This document shows, one piece after another, positions 12,635-26,900 of a DNA stretch of 63,508 nucleotides (the stretch's first letter is position 1; the number at the start of each line of letters is the position of its first letter). Source of the DNA: Mesotaenium endlicherianum (taxonomy: Eukaryota); contig WELA01000963.1 in assembly GCA_009602735.1 (NCBI GenBank), positions 38,754 to 102,261 of the forward strand. The letters run 5' to 3'. The notes beneath the pieces are model-generated. The model ran no database searches. It was not told the origin of the DNA and saw only the letters and a list, made by a program, of their open reading frames with translations. The position numbers and the translations under genes are program-made.

Positions 12635-15600
12635 GGTGACTAGAATTTATATATGAAAGATCTTATAATTGAGCGGCGAAAGCAATAGAAATCGTAAGGA
12701 AAGAATGTTCAAGGAATTGTGAAACGTTAAGTGCTTGAGAATCAGGATCCAGAAATAGTTCTTATATGGCGCTTCTGGTTCTAATTAGATTCGAAGTTTC
12801 TGCTGCCATTGCGCCTACATCCATCTTGGCTTCGACTCTGGCCAGTTCATGTGTACACTTGTCGCAGTCTGACTCCTCCGGCATCGAATGTTGAGGCTGC
12901 TCGAGGGCCCGTTGAGGCCCTCTGGTGGCCATACCTTGCCAAGTGTCGAAGCCAGCCTTTGGCTTATCTTGCTTACCAGCTGGGATTAATGAATGGCATT
13001 ATAGAAACAGATTGGAAATGCTTGTCGTTGTTCGTCGTAGTTATGGTCGTTGCCAGTCGTAAGTATTTGCTCGAAGCTCCGAGAAAAGTTCGCTTGCGCC
13101 TTGTGCTTCCCTAGTGCATCCTTTGGCCAGTCGCATGATGTCGCAGAAAGTGAAGTTGGAGTTGGGATATGGCTAGCACTTCAAGGTCACGTAAAGTCAT
13201 AGAATAATTATATGCTAATAAAGAGCAGCAACTGCATCGCCCCACCATGACATCGCATACAAGCTAAGAATGTGCCAGCTAGCCACGGAAGTTCATGTCG
13301 CGCTGCTTACCGTTGATTTGTGCTGGTTTTATCGTCACGATTTTAAAAATGAATGGCGCGTACGGTTGCCTAGCGCGTGAGCGTCAAAGTCGACGAAGCG
13401 TTAAATTGACTTGATACGGCCAAAAAATTGCTAAAAAGAAAGGCGAGGCTCGAAAGCTAAGCACTCTTAAACCGGTCTCGCGGGAAATTGATTAAAATTA
13501 TGAAAACTTTGAAAAGAGAGAAAATTTGAGAGGGCGAAGAGCACTCTCAATTATTTTATGCGAACATGATAGCAACACGACAGAATAGGGCAGATTTGAA
13601 ATTATAAGGCACATTTCGTCTGAAACCTGCCATATCAAGCATTTAGAGAGAAAATAATTATTTCCCAGAGTGACAAAATGAATGTGAAGTAACCTTGTTT
13701 TTGGAAAGAATTTTAAGTGCCCTAACACATGTATTCCTAGTCATTACTAAGTCCACGAACCAAAAATCACACGCCTAACCTTCTCAAACAATACAAGGCC
13801 TGGCACCCTTCTTTCCCCTTTGCGTGAACTCTCAAAACTATTACGATGCACGCGTAACGATGACTGAACTAGAAATTCGTTAACATTTTACACTTTCGCT
13901 TTTCCTGTTATCCCCTTCTCTTGCACGTTCGTGCCATAATTAGAAAATGAGATCACTTGATAGTCCTCAAAGGATATCTATAACATTGGCTCCATTTTCG
14001 CTCACAAGCGCGCCAAAAATATATAAATATATATTTAGTTTAGAGTTTGAAATGTACACAGAGAGGAGGCAAAACTATGTGTTCGGACTACTTTCGTGGG
14101 AGAAGCTTAGGTACGCCGTTTTCTACACGTAGACTAGACAACACTAAAGAATACATGTGGGAGGGTATCTTTAAAGTGTTTTAGAGTTGAGGTTATCACG
14201 TTCATGTTGACATTTTGAAAGTATGAGCATAATGTGCTCCAAACAAACCGAGCGGCTCACTTGGTAGTGCATCTAAACTTGAAACGTGGGCGGCTCAAAC
14301 GAACACAATGTGCGCAGCTTGACGTAACATGATAAGAAAACGAATTGTTGAAAAATTATATCATGTTCAAATTTGACATCACAGGTTGACACGACTTGAT
14401 AAGGTTGGAGTTTGCCAAGTTTGCTTCCTTTTGTAACGAGTACATGCCTATCTCAAAGGCGTAAACGCCAATTGCTCTATAGCACTTTATGAATAACTTC
14501 CTAGCCATTTGATGCTTTATACATCAAACAAAACGTCAGCAATTGATGGTGATTTCAAAAAACACAAAAGTTAAGTGTCAGACTTTCGAAAACCTAAGAC
14601 CGTCGACAAGTCATGACTTTTTTCCCTCGCAAATTTTGAAAAATTTGTGATTTTGCTTCTTGTTTAAGTTTTACGACAAATGTAAAAATTCATAGATACA
14701 TCTTTTTTATATGAAAATGTGGTGTTTGAAAGGCGCAATAGAGCCCTAATGGATGCATACTCCATCATAAAGATCCAAACTTGTTGCGATAACACTCAAT
14801 AGTGCAACGACATTCAAATTTTAAAATTTTGCAACATTATTGAACATTCTTGGGTGCATTACAATATTCACAAAGAAAAAAAAAAAAAAAACCTTGTCAT
14901 TACATACCCGTCAAAATTTACAGATCTGAAAGGTGATAGACAATTTCATTTATGGATTTTCATGTACGATTACTAATTGGACTTCTTAAGGGAGAATCGA
15001 TTAGCAGCGAAACTTTCAAAGTGCTTGTCAAATCGACCCTTCTTGAAACTTCAAGACTCGAATGATCTAACTTGACATATTGGGTCCATTTGACGTTCAA
15101 ATATATTGTATCGATTTTTCTCGACTTGTTATGCGAAAACGAAACTTCTAGGTTAATTGGGCCTAGTCAAAACTCAACGTCACCCAACCTTGCTCAAGGT
15201 TCATTTGCAATGTAAAGGGGTGGATCTTTTGTCGCTGTTTGTCAATCCAACAACTGCGCTCATCGAGAATTGAATCCCACCTATTCCAACATTTCGTACA
15301 TGCATTTGTGGTCAACACGCAAAGGTGCTATGTTGCTATGGGCCTAAGCTCGCCACTTCAATTGAGCAACAAAAGCTCAAGTGTTGTGTAGCGAGTAAAT
15401 GTTGCTATAGCAGATATAACACAAACTTCAATGACATGTATGGCGGCATGGATTTACAAAAAGTTACGGACTTGATGAGGAAGTGAAGAGTACAAAGAAC
15501 TTCCACAATAATGGCAAACAGGTAAATACATTGTCGGTGAGGACACGTGTGTCATTGTCATATATGCATACGACGACTTGGGCACGACGAGCAACGACGA

Positions 15601-16033
15601 GTAATTCAATAATCAGTAGTTGGGGCCAACGTTCCCGGCGTCATTAAAAGAGGAAGGTTCGTCTTGTCGTCATATACACTCGAGTCTGGAATTTTAGAGA
15701 AGTGCATTAAGCTGCCCGGATGTCGGCTATCCTTGGTTAACGTGCTAAAGCCGGGTTAAATTGGCCAAAATACACCAAAAACAGAACAATTCGCTACAAA
15801 CTGCTGGAAGCCAGTGAACACAGTACACCGGTTCTTATACACGTCGACCCAGCGTCGACCATGTTGAAGCCGCCGTATCGTTATTGGTCATCATGCGTCC
15901 CAGTGAATGTTTTTCACGACCGTTCACGACTGTTATGACAGCCAGGTTGACGATGGTCATAGAGCGCGGACCACTGGTTACAGGTTGTCGCCTGGTTGTC
16001 GCTGCCAGGGATAAGCTGGGTGAAAACCCAGAG

Positions 16034-16099
16034 CAGCTCAGGCAGCTGGCTCAGGGCTGCTGCTCAGGGCTGCTCAGGGCAGCTCAGGGCAGCTCAGGG
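16034..16099. repeat. Minisatellite of ~10-bp gctcagggc(a/t) units
   Basis: About 6 imperfect copies read directly. Confidence 0.85.
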
Positions 16100-16623
16100 A
16101 GGTCCCTTGGACATCCTGGGAAGTGCTTGGAAGAAGCTGTAACTTTCATCTCGTATAGCTGGCAAGATCGGTGAATCGAGCTGAATGGTCATAAGCGCCA
16201 ATGAGCACCAATAAGCATTCATGCACACATGCACAACTGCAAACGACTTCCCAACAGAGACAGAACGTAGTAACCGTAGAGCTTTGGGATCAGCCAGGAT
16301 TGGCCCTTGCATCCAAGATCCGGGAGTAGATCTTTGCTTCAAGGGAGATCTTTGCTTGAGAGATGTCGGTATTGATGTGCCATACGACTTGGAATTGGGG
16401 CTACTTCGGGGTCATTTGGGGTCCTTGAACGCGGTTGTGTGCCATTGTATGCAGGTTGGACTATTGAACGAAGACTTTATAATTGAGGGAACTACATCCA
16501 GATAATTACCAAAGCTCCTCCTAAACAGCACAGCTGCGTCGACAACCCCACTGGGACTTTACCATCCCTTGTCCATTCTTCTCAGCCTTCATTTGCAGCC
16601 CTCTCCACTCCCTTCTGACCGCC

Positions 16624-18702
16624 ATGGACTGGTTGAAGAATGCAGCGGAAAACTTTGTGGAGGTACTCTTCTGTGTCTATTACGTGGTGGTCTTGAGGGG
16701 GTTTAGCTCTGGTACTGGACTTGAGCACGGGTCGTGGCAGGCATGACGTTTATGCGGCTTTCGTATTTGACTGCTGTCTTTTCTTTTCCTGTTGAAAGGA
16801 GGGGCTAGGACTGAAGAGATGAGTTTGCCATTTGATGTATTGATTTGACTTTGTAAGGCCGCGGCATTGTGGGTGCTGGCCACAAGTACCAAATCCTCCG
16901 CTGTGCGTGACTTCTATGAATGCCACACATGCTTTGGGGTACACATTCACGTGGGTTTGGCAGAGTGGACCTCTCGCTCCTAGTTGAAGGGGCGTTGGTG
17001 CATTATCTGCTCTGCAATATTCCCATAGCTGGTTGTTGCAGGCAGAGAGTAATCAGCTATGTACATCAACTGGAGCTATTTTTTCATTTTTCTGGTTCGT
17101 ACTCGTTGCAATGGTTCTGCAGAAGAAAGGTGACGATGAAAAAGGCCAGCACAGCGAAGGTGGTCTTGGGGCACTGAGTGGATTTATGGGAGGTGGCTCA
17201 GAAAAAACTGCGAGTCACGAAGAGACCAAGAAGAAAAGCTCAGGTGGCATGCCTGACAAGGAGCAGCTTACTCAGTACATCCACCAAGCATCATCCCTCG
17301 TAGACAAGGCAGCCCAAAACAAGGTACAGATGATTCCATACTGTGCTCGTCATGGTGGTGGTTTTTAGTTGGTGATGTGACGGGATGGTCATAGAACAGA
17401 ACCTCCTCAGTATCATCGTGGATGCATTTTGTCAGCCCGAGGGGCTGTGGTATATACATGCAAACAGCTTTCCTCTTGATGTGCTAATTACGGTAGTTTG
17501 GTTGAGCTATCAATCTGCCTGCCAGTGTGAACATTGTACAATGTTGAGGTGTGTAGATTGCCAGGTCAGTCATGCTGCCTATGGTGGAAACTTTAAATTG
17601 CAGGCAATTTTAGGTGAATCCCTTAGGAAGTCACCCTATCTCTACCGCCATGTGTGCAGAGCGTCATGAACTCGTCGTATGGACACTATGTGAAACAAGC
17701 TGATTCGTTTTTGCACTCCATCGAGTCCAAGCTCGGCGGCACTACTCACGTAAGTGGTGCCGCTATGCTTCAAACCACACCCTACTGAACTGTCTCTACT
17801 TTCCTGAAGGACCAGGCTGAATGTTGGGAGAGGGATTTAATTTCTGTGGATTTGCTGGGGTTTGAGAGCAGAGGAACTAACAGTTTACACCCCGCCGAAA
17901 TGGTTGAGCTGCTATATGGGCTGACGCGTTTCAGTCGCTTGTCAATCACGTGAATCCTATTTCTAGCACTCAACCTCCATTAAGTGATACAAGATGCTGT
18001 TCCACGAGGTAATCGATAGAAGGAAAACGAAATGAAAGGGTGCCTGAAAGACCCATTGCAGGACCTCTTCTCTAATGATGTACTTAGCATTTGTCCTTAG
18101 CTCTTTAAGAGCAGTCAGGTGGGCTCTCTGATCTGACAACAGTGGCAATCCTTTGCTTGATCAAGTTAGTGCTCTCATGCTCGTGACAGCATATTTGAGT
18201 GTGGGCCAGAGTTTGAAGTTAACCGCTGTTGGGATGGGGGTGCAATAGCCCCATAATTAGCAAGTGTGCAAGTGGCCTCACGAATCTCACCTGTAAAGCT
18301 GATGCTTCACAGGAGTATGTGGTGCACGTTTACTTCATAAATAAGAATCTTTGTACGTTCAAACGAAATTGCTAACTCATGCTTCGAAGTTGTGTGCCCT
18401 TTTTTTGTGACATTCAGAGTATTTGCAGTATGTACGCATTTGCTACAGTGATTGGACAGCAATGGACACGTTACTAATCTGGAATTGATGACCAAGCAAC
18501 CCATGTGCTTTTGTTCCACTACTAACAGCTTCTATTTTGACTTGTACAGACCGATGCTCACGCCACAGCAACTAGGGACGCAGATGGCAACGTTGCGGTC
18601 CACACTCAAGCGACTGCAAGCGGCCCCAATGCCGCAGCTGCGGCACAGGCAGCCAGTGCACTAGGTGACCAAGCTGCAGATGAAGCCAGGCGCCAACTTT
18701 AG
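16624..18702 (+). CDS. 160-aa hydrophilic Gly/Ala/Lys-rich protein, nodulin-related protein (NRP1)-like/hydrophilin
   Basis: Exons 16624-16662, 17123-17323, 17660-17749, 18550-18702 (TAG), all phase 0 GT-AG. The motif SSYGHYVKQADSFLH resembles the G.Y+.KAE.+L helix of plant NRP1-like proteins. The gene model is solid; the family call is tentative. Confidence 0.7.
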
Positions 18703-19313
18703 ATCACTTTTATGGCAGCTTCAGAATACAGCCTCCATATGAGCATTTAATACAGCGTCAAAGTGATGCCATAATGTGTTCATATCCGTAGGGGCTATTG
18801 TCATATTTAGATAAAGTGATGCTCTTAAGATTACTTCACAGGTGGATGGAAGCAGCTGCATGTTGATTTTACCAATTACGCTCAGTGCATTAGTACAATG
18901 CAGATTACAGCAGTCATTGACTCCGCAGTCAGTCCTGTACACCACTAGATCAATTCAGCTGGTACTTTTAAACTTGAGGCTGATATGAGCAAACCTTTGT
19001 ACCTTCCACCTTAATATTTTCTCACACCCTATCATACGAAACCATTCCTACAATGATGTGAAGTGGCTAGGCCACTAATGATAATTCAAAGTATCTTGGG
19101 CATCTTATCACCCAAGTCATTAATGACACAACAAGCATTTGCTTGTCAGGGGCTAACTACAGCCCAAATAATTGTGGCTCCCAACAAGAACTATTCCAGC
19201 CTGGTGAATTTATCCAATTAACAACAACGATATCTATTTTTTTCAGAAACAGAGGCTATCCTACACAAATGTGGGGATCCATTTGAAGCTACAATAATAG
19301 CTTTTTGACCTAT

Positions 19314-22300
19314 TCAAGCTCCAGAAGCAAAGAAACCCGTAGCTTGACTTGTAGCTGCCTCTTGTGCATCTGCCGGGACAAGAGCAAGGAATGCTCGCAA
19401 CCTTTCAAGAGTAGCCTGCACACGTCCAACTCATTGAATAGCTTAGCATTGTTCTGGCATTCTGACGAGGAAGAGGAGACAACGCCAAAGAAGCAACACA
19501 TTGAAGCCATCTGTCCTTCCCTTCTGTCTTCGTAGGCAAGTAGGCCACGATGGATACAGTTGCTGATGCGTATGATGTCAGCATTGATTGCAGTCATGAG
19601 CACTTTTGAGGAGCTAAGTGCGCATGCACTCATACCTTCAGCGACTGAAGGCTGAACTTCAAAAACTCCACCCTGCACCCCAGTACAGGCAAATAGCACC
19701 ATGCATCAAAATGTAAGCAGCCATAACTTTCAAATGTTCCTCCGCATGAATCGACCATGGGAGGCCACCTCTCCACCATTTATTCCCCAGATGCTGCGTG
19801 ATGCAGCTCTTGCAGGAGCCACATTGACGAAGTCCAAATACCTGCAGAATGCGTGTCAGCAGGACCCCAGGTCGTGCGGCAATATAAATACCCCTTTACA
19901 GTAACAGACACAAGCTGTGTGGCTGGCGGTCATCGCGGAACAACAGGAGACGTAAGTGTAAGAGAAGGGGCCTTCCTCATTCGTCCACAACAGACAGACC
20001 CACGCGGAAGTGGCACGTGAACTCACTGCTGGTCCGCTGACGGCTTGCCTCGATATTCAAAGTAGCGGGTGTAGTCTGCCTGCGCCCCCTCAGAAAAAGT
20101 TCGACAAAATTTGACTCCGTGAGTCAGGCTACATCCCAAACCCACGAGTATGTGAGACGAGCACTGCCCTCCGAAGACATAGCGTGGACGGTCCTGAGTG
20201 CTTGCAGCAATGCAGCAGCAGGGGTACATCAACGTACTCGGTCCACCGCAGGGTCAAAATGAGTGGCTCTCACACATGCTAGTGTACATTCTGATGAGCA
20301 TGCATGGCCCACAGATTGAAATGCAACACTTCTGAAGCACAAGGTCTGACAGACAGCAGAAGGAAGGATACACACAAGCAGGTGCTCCATGCCAAGTATC
20401 GAGATTCTTCCTAGAGAGGAAGAAACCGGCGAGGGCGTCACCTGGTCGAGGTACTCCAGAATCTCGAAGGCAAGTCGCTCCGCCTTGTCGGCCTCTGCTC
20501 CTTCAAGCAACGCCACTACACTGCGCCCGCCACACACCGCAGCACGCCCAACCTCGTCAAACAGCTCACATCTGAAGGCCAGTGTGATAGTTTGTGCGCG
20601 CGCGAGCAAAGAGAGAGAGAGAGGGGGGGGGGGGGGGGTAAAGCCTGTCTACTTTGCACCTCTGTGTGAGACCTGGCAGTGCAGTGCTGGGGTAGGAGCA
20701 GGACATACACATCTGCCGGCACCCCACTCAAAATTCCGGCTGCATGATCAACAATAAGCCTCAGGAGCAATGCACGGCCTCGGGCCTGCAACAACACATA
20801 TGGCCCCTTCCAATTCCGCACTCGCACGCAAGCATTGCAGATAGACAACGCCTCCAGGTGTGGGGCACAGGGTTCTAGGTCCCCTTGCACTGGCAACTGG
20901 GCAGGCGAGCTGGACAGGTCTCACGTAACACACACATACACACACACCTGAGGAGGTTCTCTTTCAAGGCCCCCGCGGGTCCCACTGCACCCTTCAGCTC
21001 GTCCCTGATGCTGCTGACATCTGCCCCCCCCGGCCGCAACAAAATTGGACAGGTCTGAGAGTGAGACACCAAACAATCAACTCCATCAGCATCTCAGGCG
21101 AGCCTTGTGGGGGTCCTTCTATACAACGGGCCAGGTTATAGTTCGGTGCAATTTTGAAAGGAAGGGTAATATCTAAGGGCGTGGCAGAGTGAGGTCACAA
21201 AGTTTCAGAGTCCTCCTCCTCATATATGTATGCAAGCGTTGGTGTTTGTGCAGGCGTCGTACCCAACTGCAGCAGGTGCAGACAAGCGGATTATGCGCTT
21301 GCAAACCAGAAGTTGAGAGATTCTCGCCGGCTCATGAAGCTGAGAGCAGACGACAGCAGAGTCTGGGCAAGGGACAGCCCTGTCGATACCTGTGGCAGTG
21401 TCTTCATTTGAAAGGGCTTTGAGCACGTTCGCCAGCCTAATGATTGGCACAAGGTAGAAGAAGAGAGGCTTGGTCGGCTTTGTCAGCACTGCCGGCAGCT
21501 TGAACTGCAAGGACAGAGCGCCACAGAGCAGGACAACCCATACGGTACGGGCTCAGAGAGTGACAACGTGACAGAGCAGGACTACTAGCGGCACTGGCTC
21601 TAGATAAGTATGGCTCTCGAAGAAGCAGAGCGCGAAGTGAAGTGGAGTATGTGGAACAGCACATGTCCTTCCGCTACGTGCACACGCCCAGCAGCTGAGC
21701 AACTCAGCAGCATGAGATAGCCGGACATCGGCGGCGACAGGCTTGGACAGAGAGGGGGGCCAGCGACGCAGCGCCGAGTTTGTTAATTAAACTCACAAGT
21801 GCCAGGCCAATGGTGACACCTGTGGCAGCTAGACCAATGAGCAGCCTTCTGGCGACGATGCCCTGAGCATTCTCCTCCATGGCAGGTCCTCCAAGCCCAA
21901 GTCCTTCGGTGGGGGCGTCCTTGGAGAAGAAGAGCTCGGCCTCCGAGAGACCCCATTTGGCCATCTGTTGCTCCGGCCTTCCTGTAAAGGCGTAGCCACA
22001 GTATCTCAGTATCTGCCAGTCTCCAGACTTCTTCCTCATGAACAAGTGGCATGGATGGTAGCTTTTGCATATGCAAAGGTCAGAATATTATTCACATTCA
22101 AGGCTATCATATTCAAGGAAGTAGTGCACCTCAGAAAATACCACAGATCTGGAAAGGAGATGAGAAAGCAAGAGTAGCACAGATGCACATAAGTTGGAGG
22201 AGATCCTAGCCAACGGGTTTCCTCAAGGGCAACATGTCCATTCTGTGTCCAAGTTTGTTGCCAAAATCCTCGAGCTACATAGCTATCAATGTTAGGCAAT

Positions 22301-23352
22301 GGCAGCAGACGCCTGGCTGCTTTTGACTGGCCTCCTTGATCACATCTTGCTCCAATAAGTTCACATTTTGATACTGTCCCAGATCACCTCTTGCTCCAAT
22401 ATATTCACATTTTGATGTTGTCCCACAAAGACTAGTGCAGAATATGTGTAAAGGTTCAAGCTATACAGTTGTTGTCTTTGCACCTGTTGCACGTTCCTTT
22501 CCATCAAAAAGAGTTTCACGAAAGCCCGTCCCATCGATGCGTTTGGCTGGAGCTTTAGGCGTGGGCCTTGTCAGATCCGCAATTTTCTCAGCTCTTCGAC
22601 TTGCCAACTCACGCCTCAAAGCATCTGCCTCGGCCTCTGCAGCTGCCAGCTGAAAGCAAAACCATCAGGACTTCAGTTTACCAGATACTGGGCGTCAACT
22701 GGAAAAATGATGCAGCAGTGCTACTTCTGCTGGTGCACATTCTAACTTTAGGCAAAAGCAGCTGGCTTCAGTGACAAATATGAAGCTGCACACATGGTGC
22801 CCCTGTTTGCCTGGTGGACATTATCGACATAAGCAAAGGTTCACTATAATATGCGAAAATTACCTTCGAGGCTAAGTCCTCCTTTGAGGCGTCCACTGAC
22901 AACGAAGGGGGTAATGGTTCCTGCAATAAACTTGGTACAACTTCTGAGGCTTCGCAAGCACGAGGATACGGCAGCTGAATGATAAGAAGATCGCAACAGG
23001 TGCAAAGTGAATACTCTTTGGTGCCGCAAGTATCACATAGATTAATGAAGTATTGTTACTGTAAGCATGTCGTAGTCCAGTATGCCCATGCAACAGTGCT
23101 AAAATCTATCGCGAGCCGTCAGCAACTTACTGGTTCAACAATATCATTCTTAACGCGAATGGTGGCTGAAGCTTTTCTACTACTTCTGTCACTCTTACAG
23201 AGAAGAAGGGCTCCCCCGCCGATCTCTTTCCTGGAGGAGCTGAAGTTGCAAGCGTTCTTACGAGTGTTGCCACCACAAGAAACTTTACACGCCGATCGCA
23301 AGGATGCGACCAGGGCATGCCCATGGCAAGGACATGACAATGACGTTGCCAT
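19314..23352 (-). CDS. 362-aa predicted plastid (thylakoid) membrane protein: transit peptide, coiled coil, one TM helix, C-terminal helical bundle possibly PsbQ/TLP16.5-like
   Basis: Ten phase-consistent exons: 23352-23131, 22920-22864, 22649-22484, 21981-21797, 21504-21390, 21020-20948, 20520-20442, 20079-20027, 19672-19636, 19415-19314 (1089 nt). TM segment RRLLIGLAATGVTIGLALF; C-terminus LEYLDQADYTRYF...FSLQSLKATLERLRAFLALVP. Confidence 0.75.
22338..22425. repeat. Imperfect 44-bp tandem duplication in an intron
   Basis: gatcacatcttgctccaataagttcacattttgatactgtccca followed by a near-identical copy. Confidence 0.9.
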
Positions 23353-23968
23353 AGCTTTTTTCTCTTGCTCAGACTTCAGCAGTGATACAGCTCACGTGTT
23401 ATTGAGTGCATGATGAAAGCTCCAATGTTGATTAAGAACGTCCTTCGGTCAGAACTGACAAATTACAAAACATTTTTTTCCGATCATGTTCTTTAGAATG
23501 TTCAAAACCCTGATCGACCTCTTCGCGAAGTAAAGATTCTAACCAGTTCTAACCATTCGATGAAACGAAATTGAGAATCCACGACCTCGACAATTTTCTC
23601 GCAAAATTGAAATATGTCAAACTACCTGTGTCGATGGACAAAACTCAGGAAGAGATGCCGTTCAACACGAGCTTCACATCCTCGCGGTACGAGAAGGAGA
23701 CGACTGGGAGTTCTTTTCGACGTGGGCTTCTGATCGGTAGTGTGACAGAAGGCTACTAACCTCTCTGGGTAGTGGGGCCCTTTCTCTTATGCGATGGTGT
23801 GACTTGTCAGGCCCTTGAAGCTTAAATACTGATCACTTAATCTCAACATTCTTGTTTTGCCGGACCATTGTGCCTGCTTGTTCAATTTTCAATCATAGCA
23901 CAAGTAATTACTGTGAGGCCTTGGAATAGGCGTTTTTTGTAGCCTTATTCTTTTCAGCTTGGGGCATA

Positions 23969-26900
23969 ATGGGGGCGAGTGTAAGTCATGCAGCGGGTAT
24001 TCCTGCTCCTCCTCCAGCAGCTGTAGCACCTGTTCCTCCGCCTTTAGGTGGTCCTCCTGTTGGTCTCCAGCAGCTCGCCCCTACGATCGAAATAGAGAAA
24101 CCCAAGGAGGAGCCGAAGATTGATTATTCAGACTTACCTTGTCCCATTAAATATGAGGAGATCCAACGAGAAGCTCTTAGTGAGTACTTCCTCCTTCGAA
24201 ATATGTCCTGTTTACCTTCTACCACCGGCTTTCTTATGGGGAAAAGCTACTTTCGGCAGAGCATGTGTAGTAATATGTAACTCTTCCAAGATATAGGCAT
24301 TGAGAACATGAAAAATCTATGGGCTGCTTAAGTGGACGCTGATCGATTTTGGCCTCTAGAGATTGCCCAGGCATGACCTGCAGAAGCAGTACTATGTGCT
24401 TCATGACAGAGTTAGGAAGAAAGCTATATTATTCTTGTAGTGTTTGTTCTAGACATCCATCATTGCCTGGAAGTATGATGTCAATCCTTATCCTCCACGT
24501 AATCTCCTTGATCCTTGCAAGGCAGATGTTAGAAGATAGAGTTGTGAGATCAGATTAGATTCTCTGGTCAGCTTCTAAGTGCAAACTGGACCATGTGGGC
24601 ATTGTTGGAGCAGTGTCCTTGAAGCCTGAGCTCTTTGAGGGCCTTCGTTTTGATTTCAATAAGCCTCTTAACCCGAAGTTTTCACTCACTCACAGGTATT
24701 TCTCTAATGCACATTCCCTTCTTAGTTTCTTGGAAAATGTAGATACATATAGAGCATTTTTTCTCCAGTTTGTGCGGAGGGAGAATTTGAGTTTGTACTT
24801 GGTGTGACAAGAAATATGCATCTATTTGAATCAAAGTTGCTGCTCGATGGCTCTAGCAGTAGTTATATTTTGACAGGCTAATGACATGTTACCTGAAGGG
24901 GGGGGGGTTGTTCTGCTCTGCCAGCCTGTTCATGGGGTCCATGGAGGTGCCCTCACAAGGGGCACATGTCCTGAAGATCCCGAGTGCTACATACGAATTC
25001 GGAGCCAATGTTCTTGATCCTAAGGTGTGACATTGCTTAAACTCCCGTGGCAATAGGTCATCAGAAGAAAGCGTGGTCCCTTTGGAAGGTGTAAGTGGGG
25101 TTTATGTAGGTGCATCATATAGGCTATAATGTAATACATGACTGTCACGCCTTGTTTCACTATGAACTCAATACTTGCATGCTTAGCCAAGTTCTGAAAA
25201 CAAACCATCTGCTCATGGAGTTGACATTTTGATGTATTATTCAAACCCGTTATGTAGGTTCCTCCTGTCGCTCATCCATGATGTGCATGCTCCATAGGCC
25301 TCAAGTAGTGGCAACAGACATTCCACGCATGCCCTTAAAGAGACAAACTCATCCCTGTTGGTGTTGAGTGGAGACCAGATGATGTTGATCGGACGAGTCA
25401 TGACCGACGGAAGGCTGAGCGCTCGTGTCAACTACGCAGTCACAGAGAATCTGGCTGTCAAAGTCAATGCACAGGTTCGCTTCACCAAATCCTATGCACG
25501 CCTATGATGAAGCAAGCAGCTGTCACATGCTTGGGTTCTTCCAAATCAAGCTTCTGTGCTACCTTCTATGTCCTCTTCCAAATCTTATTTCAAAGGCCAC
25601 CCTTTCACAAGGGTGGCCAACAACAGAGGTGTTGGAGAGGACAAAAGGCCCTGAGCTTCATAAAATGTCACTACCTATGTAGGTCACGTGCTGTTTCCTT
25701 CTTGTTTTTGTGGGTGTGGCAACCAATTGATGCCCAGTTGGAGGCATGGTCGGAAATTGACTTCTGCACACGAAGGCAAAAGGCTGGGTGAGGTTATTCA
25801 GATTGTGTCTCATAGAGTCAGCTTGAGAAACTTTTTTGGAAAGAAGCTGCAGCTTGACCGCCCTCTGTTTCTGGAGGGGGCACTTGTGTGTTTTGGTGTG
25901 TTGACTGTAAACAGGCCAGTGGAGGCTGAGTAGTGGCACTAAGTATTTACTGTCATCTGTTGGTTTGGCCTTTGCAGCTGACGAACGAGCCCCACTTTTC
26001 CCAGGGCATGGTCCACTTTGACTACAGGGTATAACTTCCCGATCCTGTCATCACCTATGTCCCGCCTTTTTTGTTCCTGCAGTAGTCTGAGGTCCAACGA
26101 AAAGGCAGACGACTGCGTAAATGACGAGGTGTTTTGCCAGCTTGCAGGATAGATGCGGTATGCTCTGTGCATCGCAGCTGTAACGGAGGCCAGACGTTTA
26201 GTGCGTCTTTGTTGAGGTCATCTTGAGATAGTAACGATTGATATTATTCTGTGTGCCATGGATTTCTAGTGAGGGAGCTTCCAACATTCTCAGGACTTCA
26301 TTCTAGGGTTTAGGATCAGGTGAACTATGCGTAAGAATTAGTGCTACTCCTTTTGGGTTGTTTAAACCGCAACGCAAGCGTAGCGGACATGAGAATACGT
26401 ACTGAGTGCTGCTCTGTTTGTGCACACACGTGTGTGCGTGTTGCTGCCTGCAGGGCTCGGACTACCAAGCCCAGCTGCAGCTGGGCAACAACGCCTTCTA
26501 TGGGGCCAACTACATCCAGGTGGCCGCGCTGCCCCACTTTCTTTCTACTTCTCATTGGTGGTGTTCCTGATGCTCCTCTGCACCCTGTGTCTGAGTCCGC
26601 TGGTTAGTGCGAACAAGGGCATGGACTCTCGTAAACTTCTTGCTTGCGGCAACGTCTTCGGCATGTGATGAGAATGCAGCTTTCTTCGACTTGCTTTGCG
26701 GTCATTGTGTACAACATTTTTCACTCACACACACACAAACACACGCACGCATACACACACATACACGTGCTCGCGCGCACATGCGCACACGCAGCAGTAG
26801 TGGAAGTTGCTCCTTCTCTCTCTTTTCAGGCTCATATTGTCTTCCACCAAGGTTTGCAAGGGGAATTTTTGCGCTGCATCTGGCATCTGTCAGAACTTTC

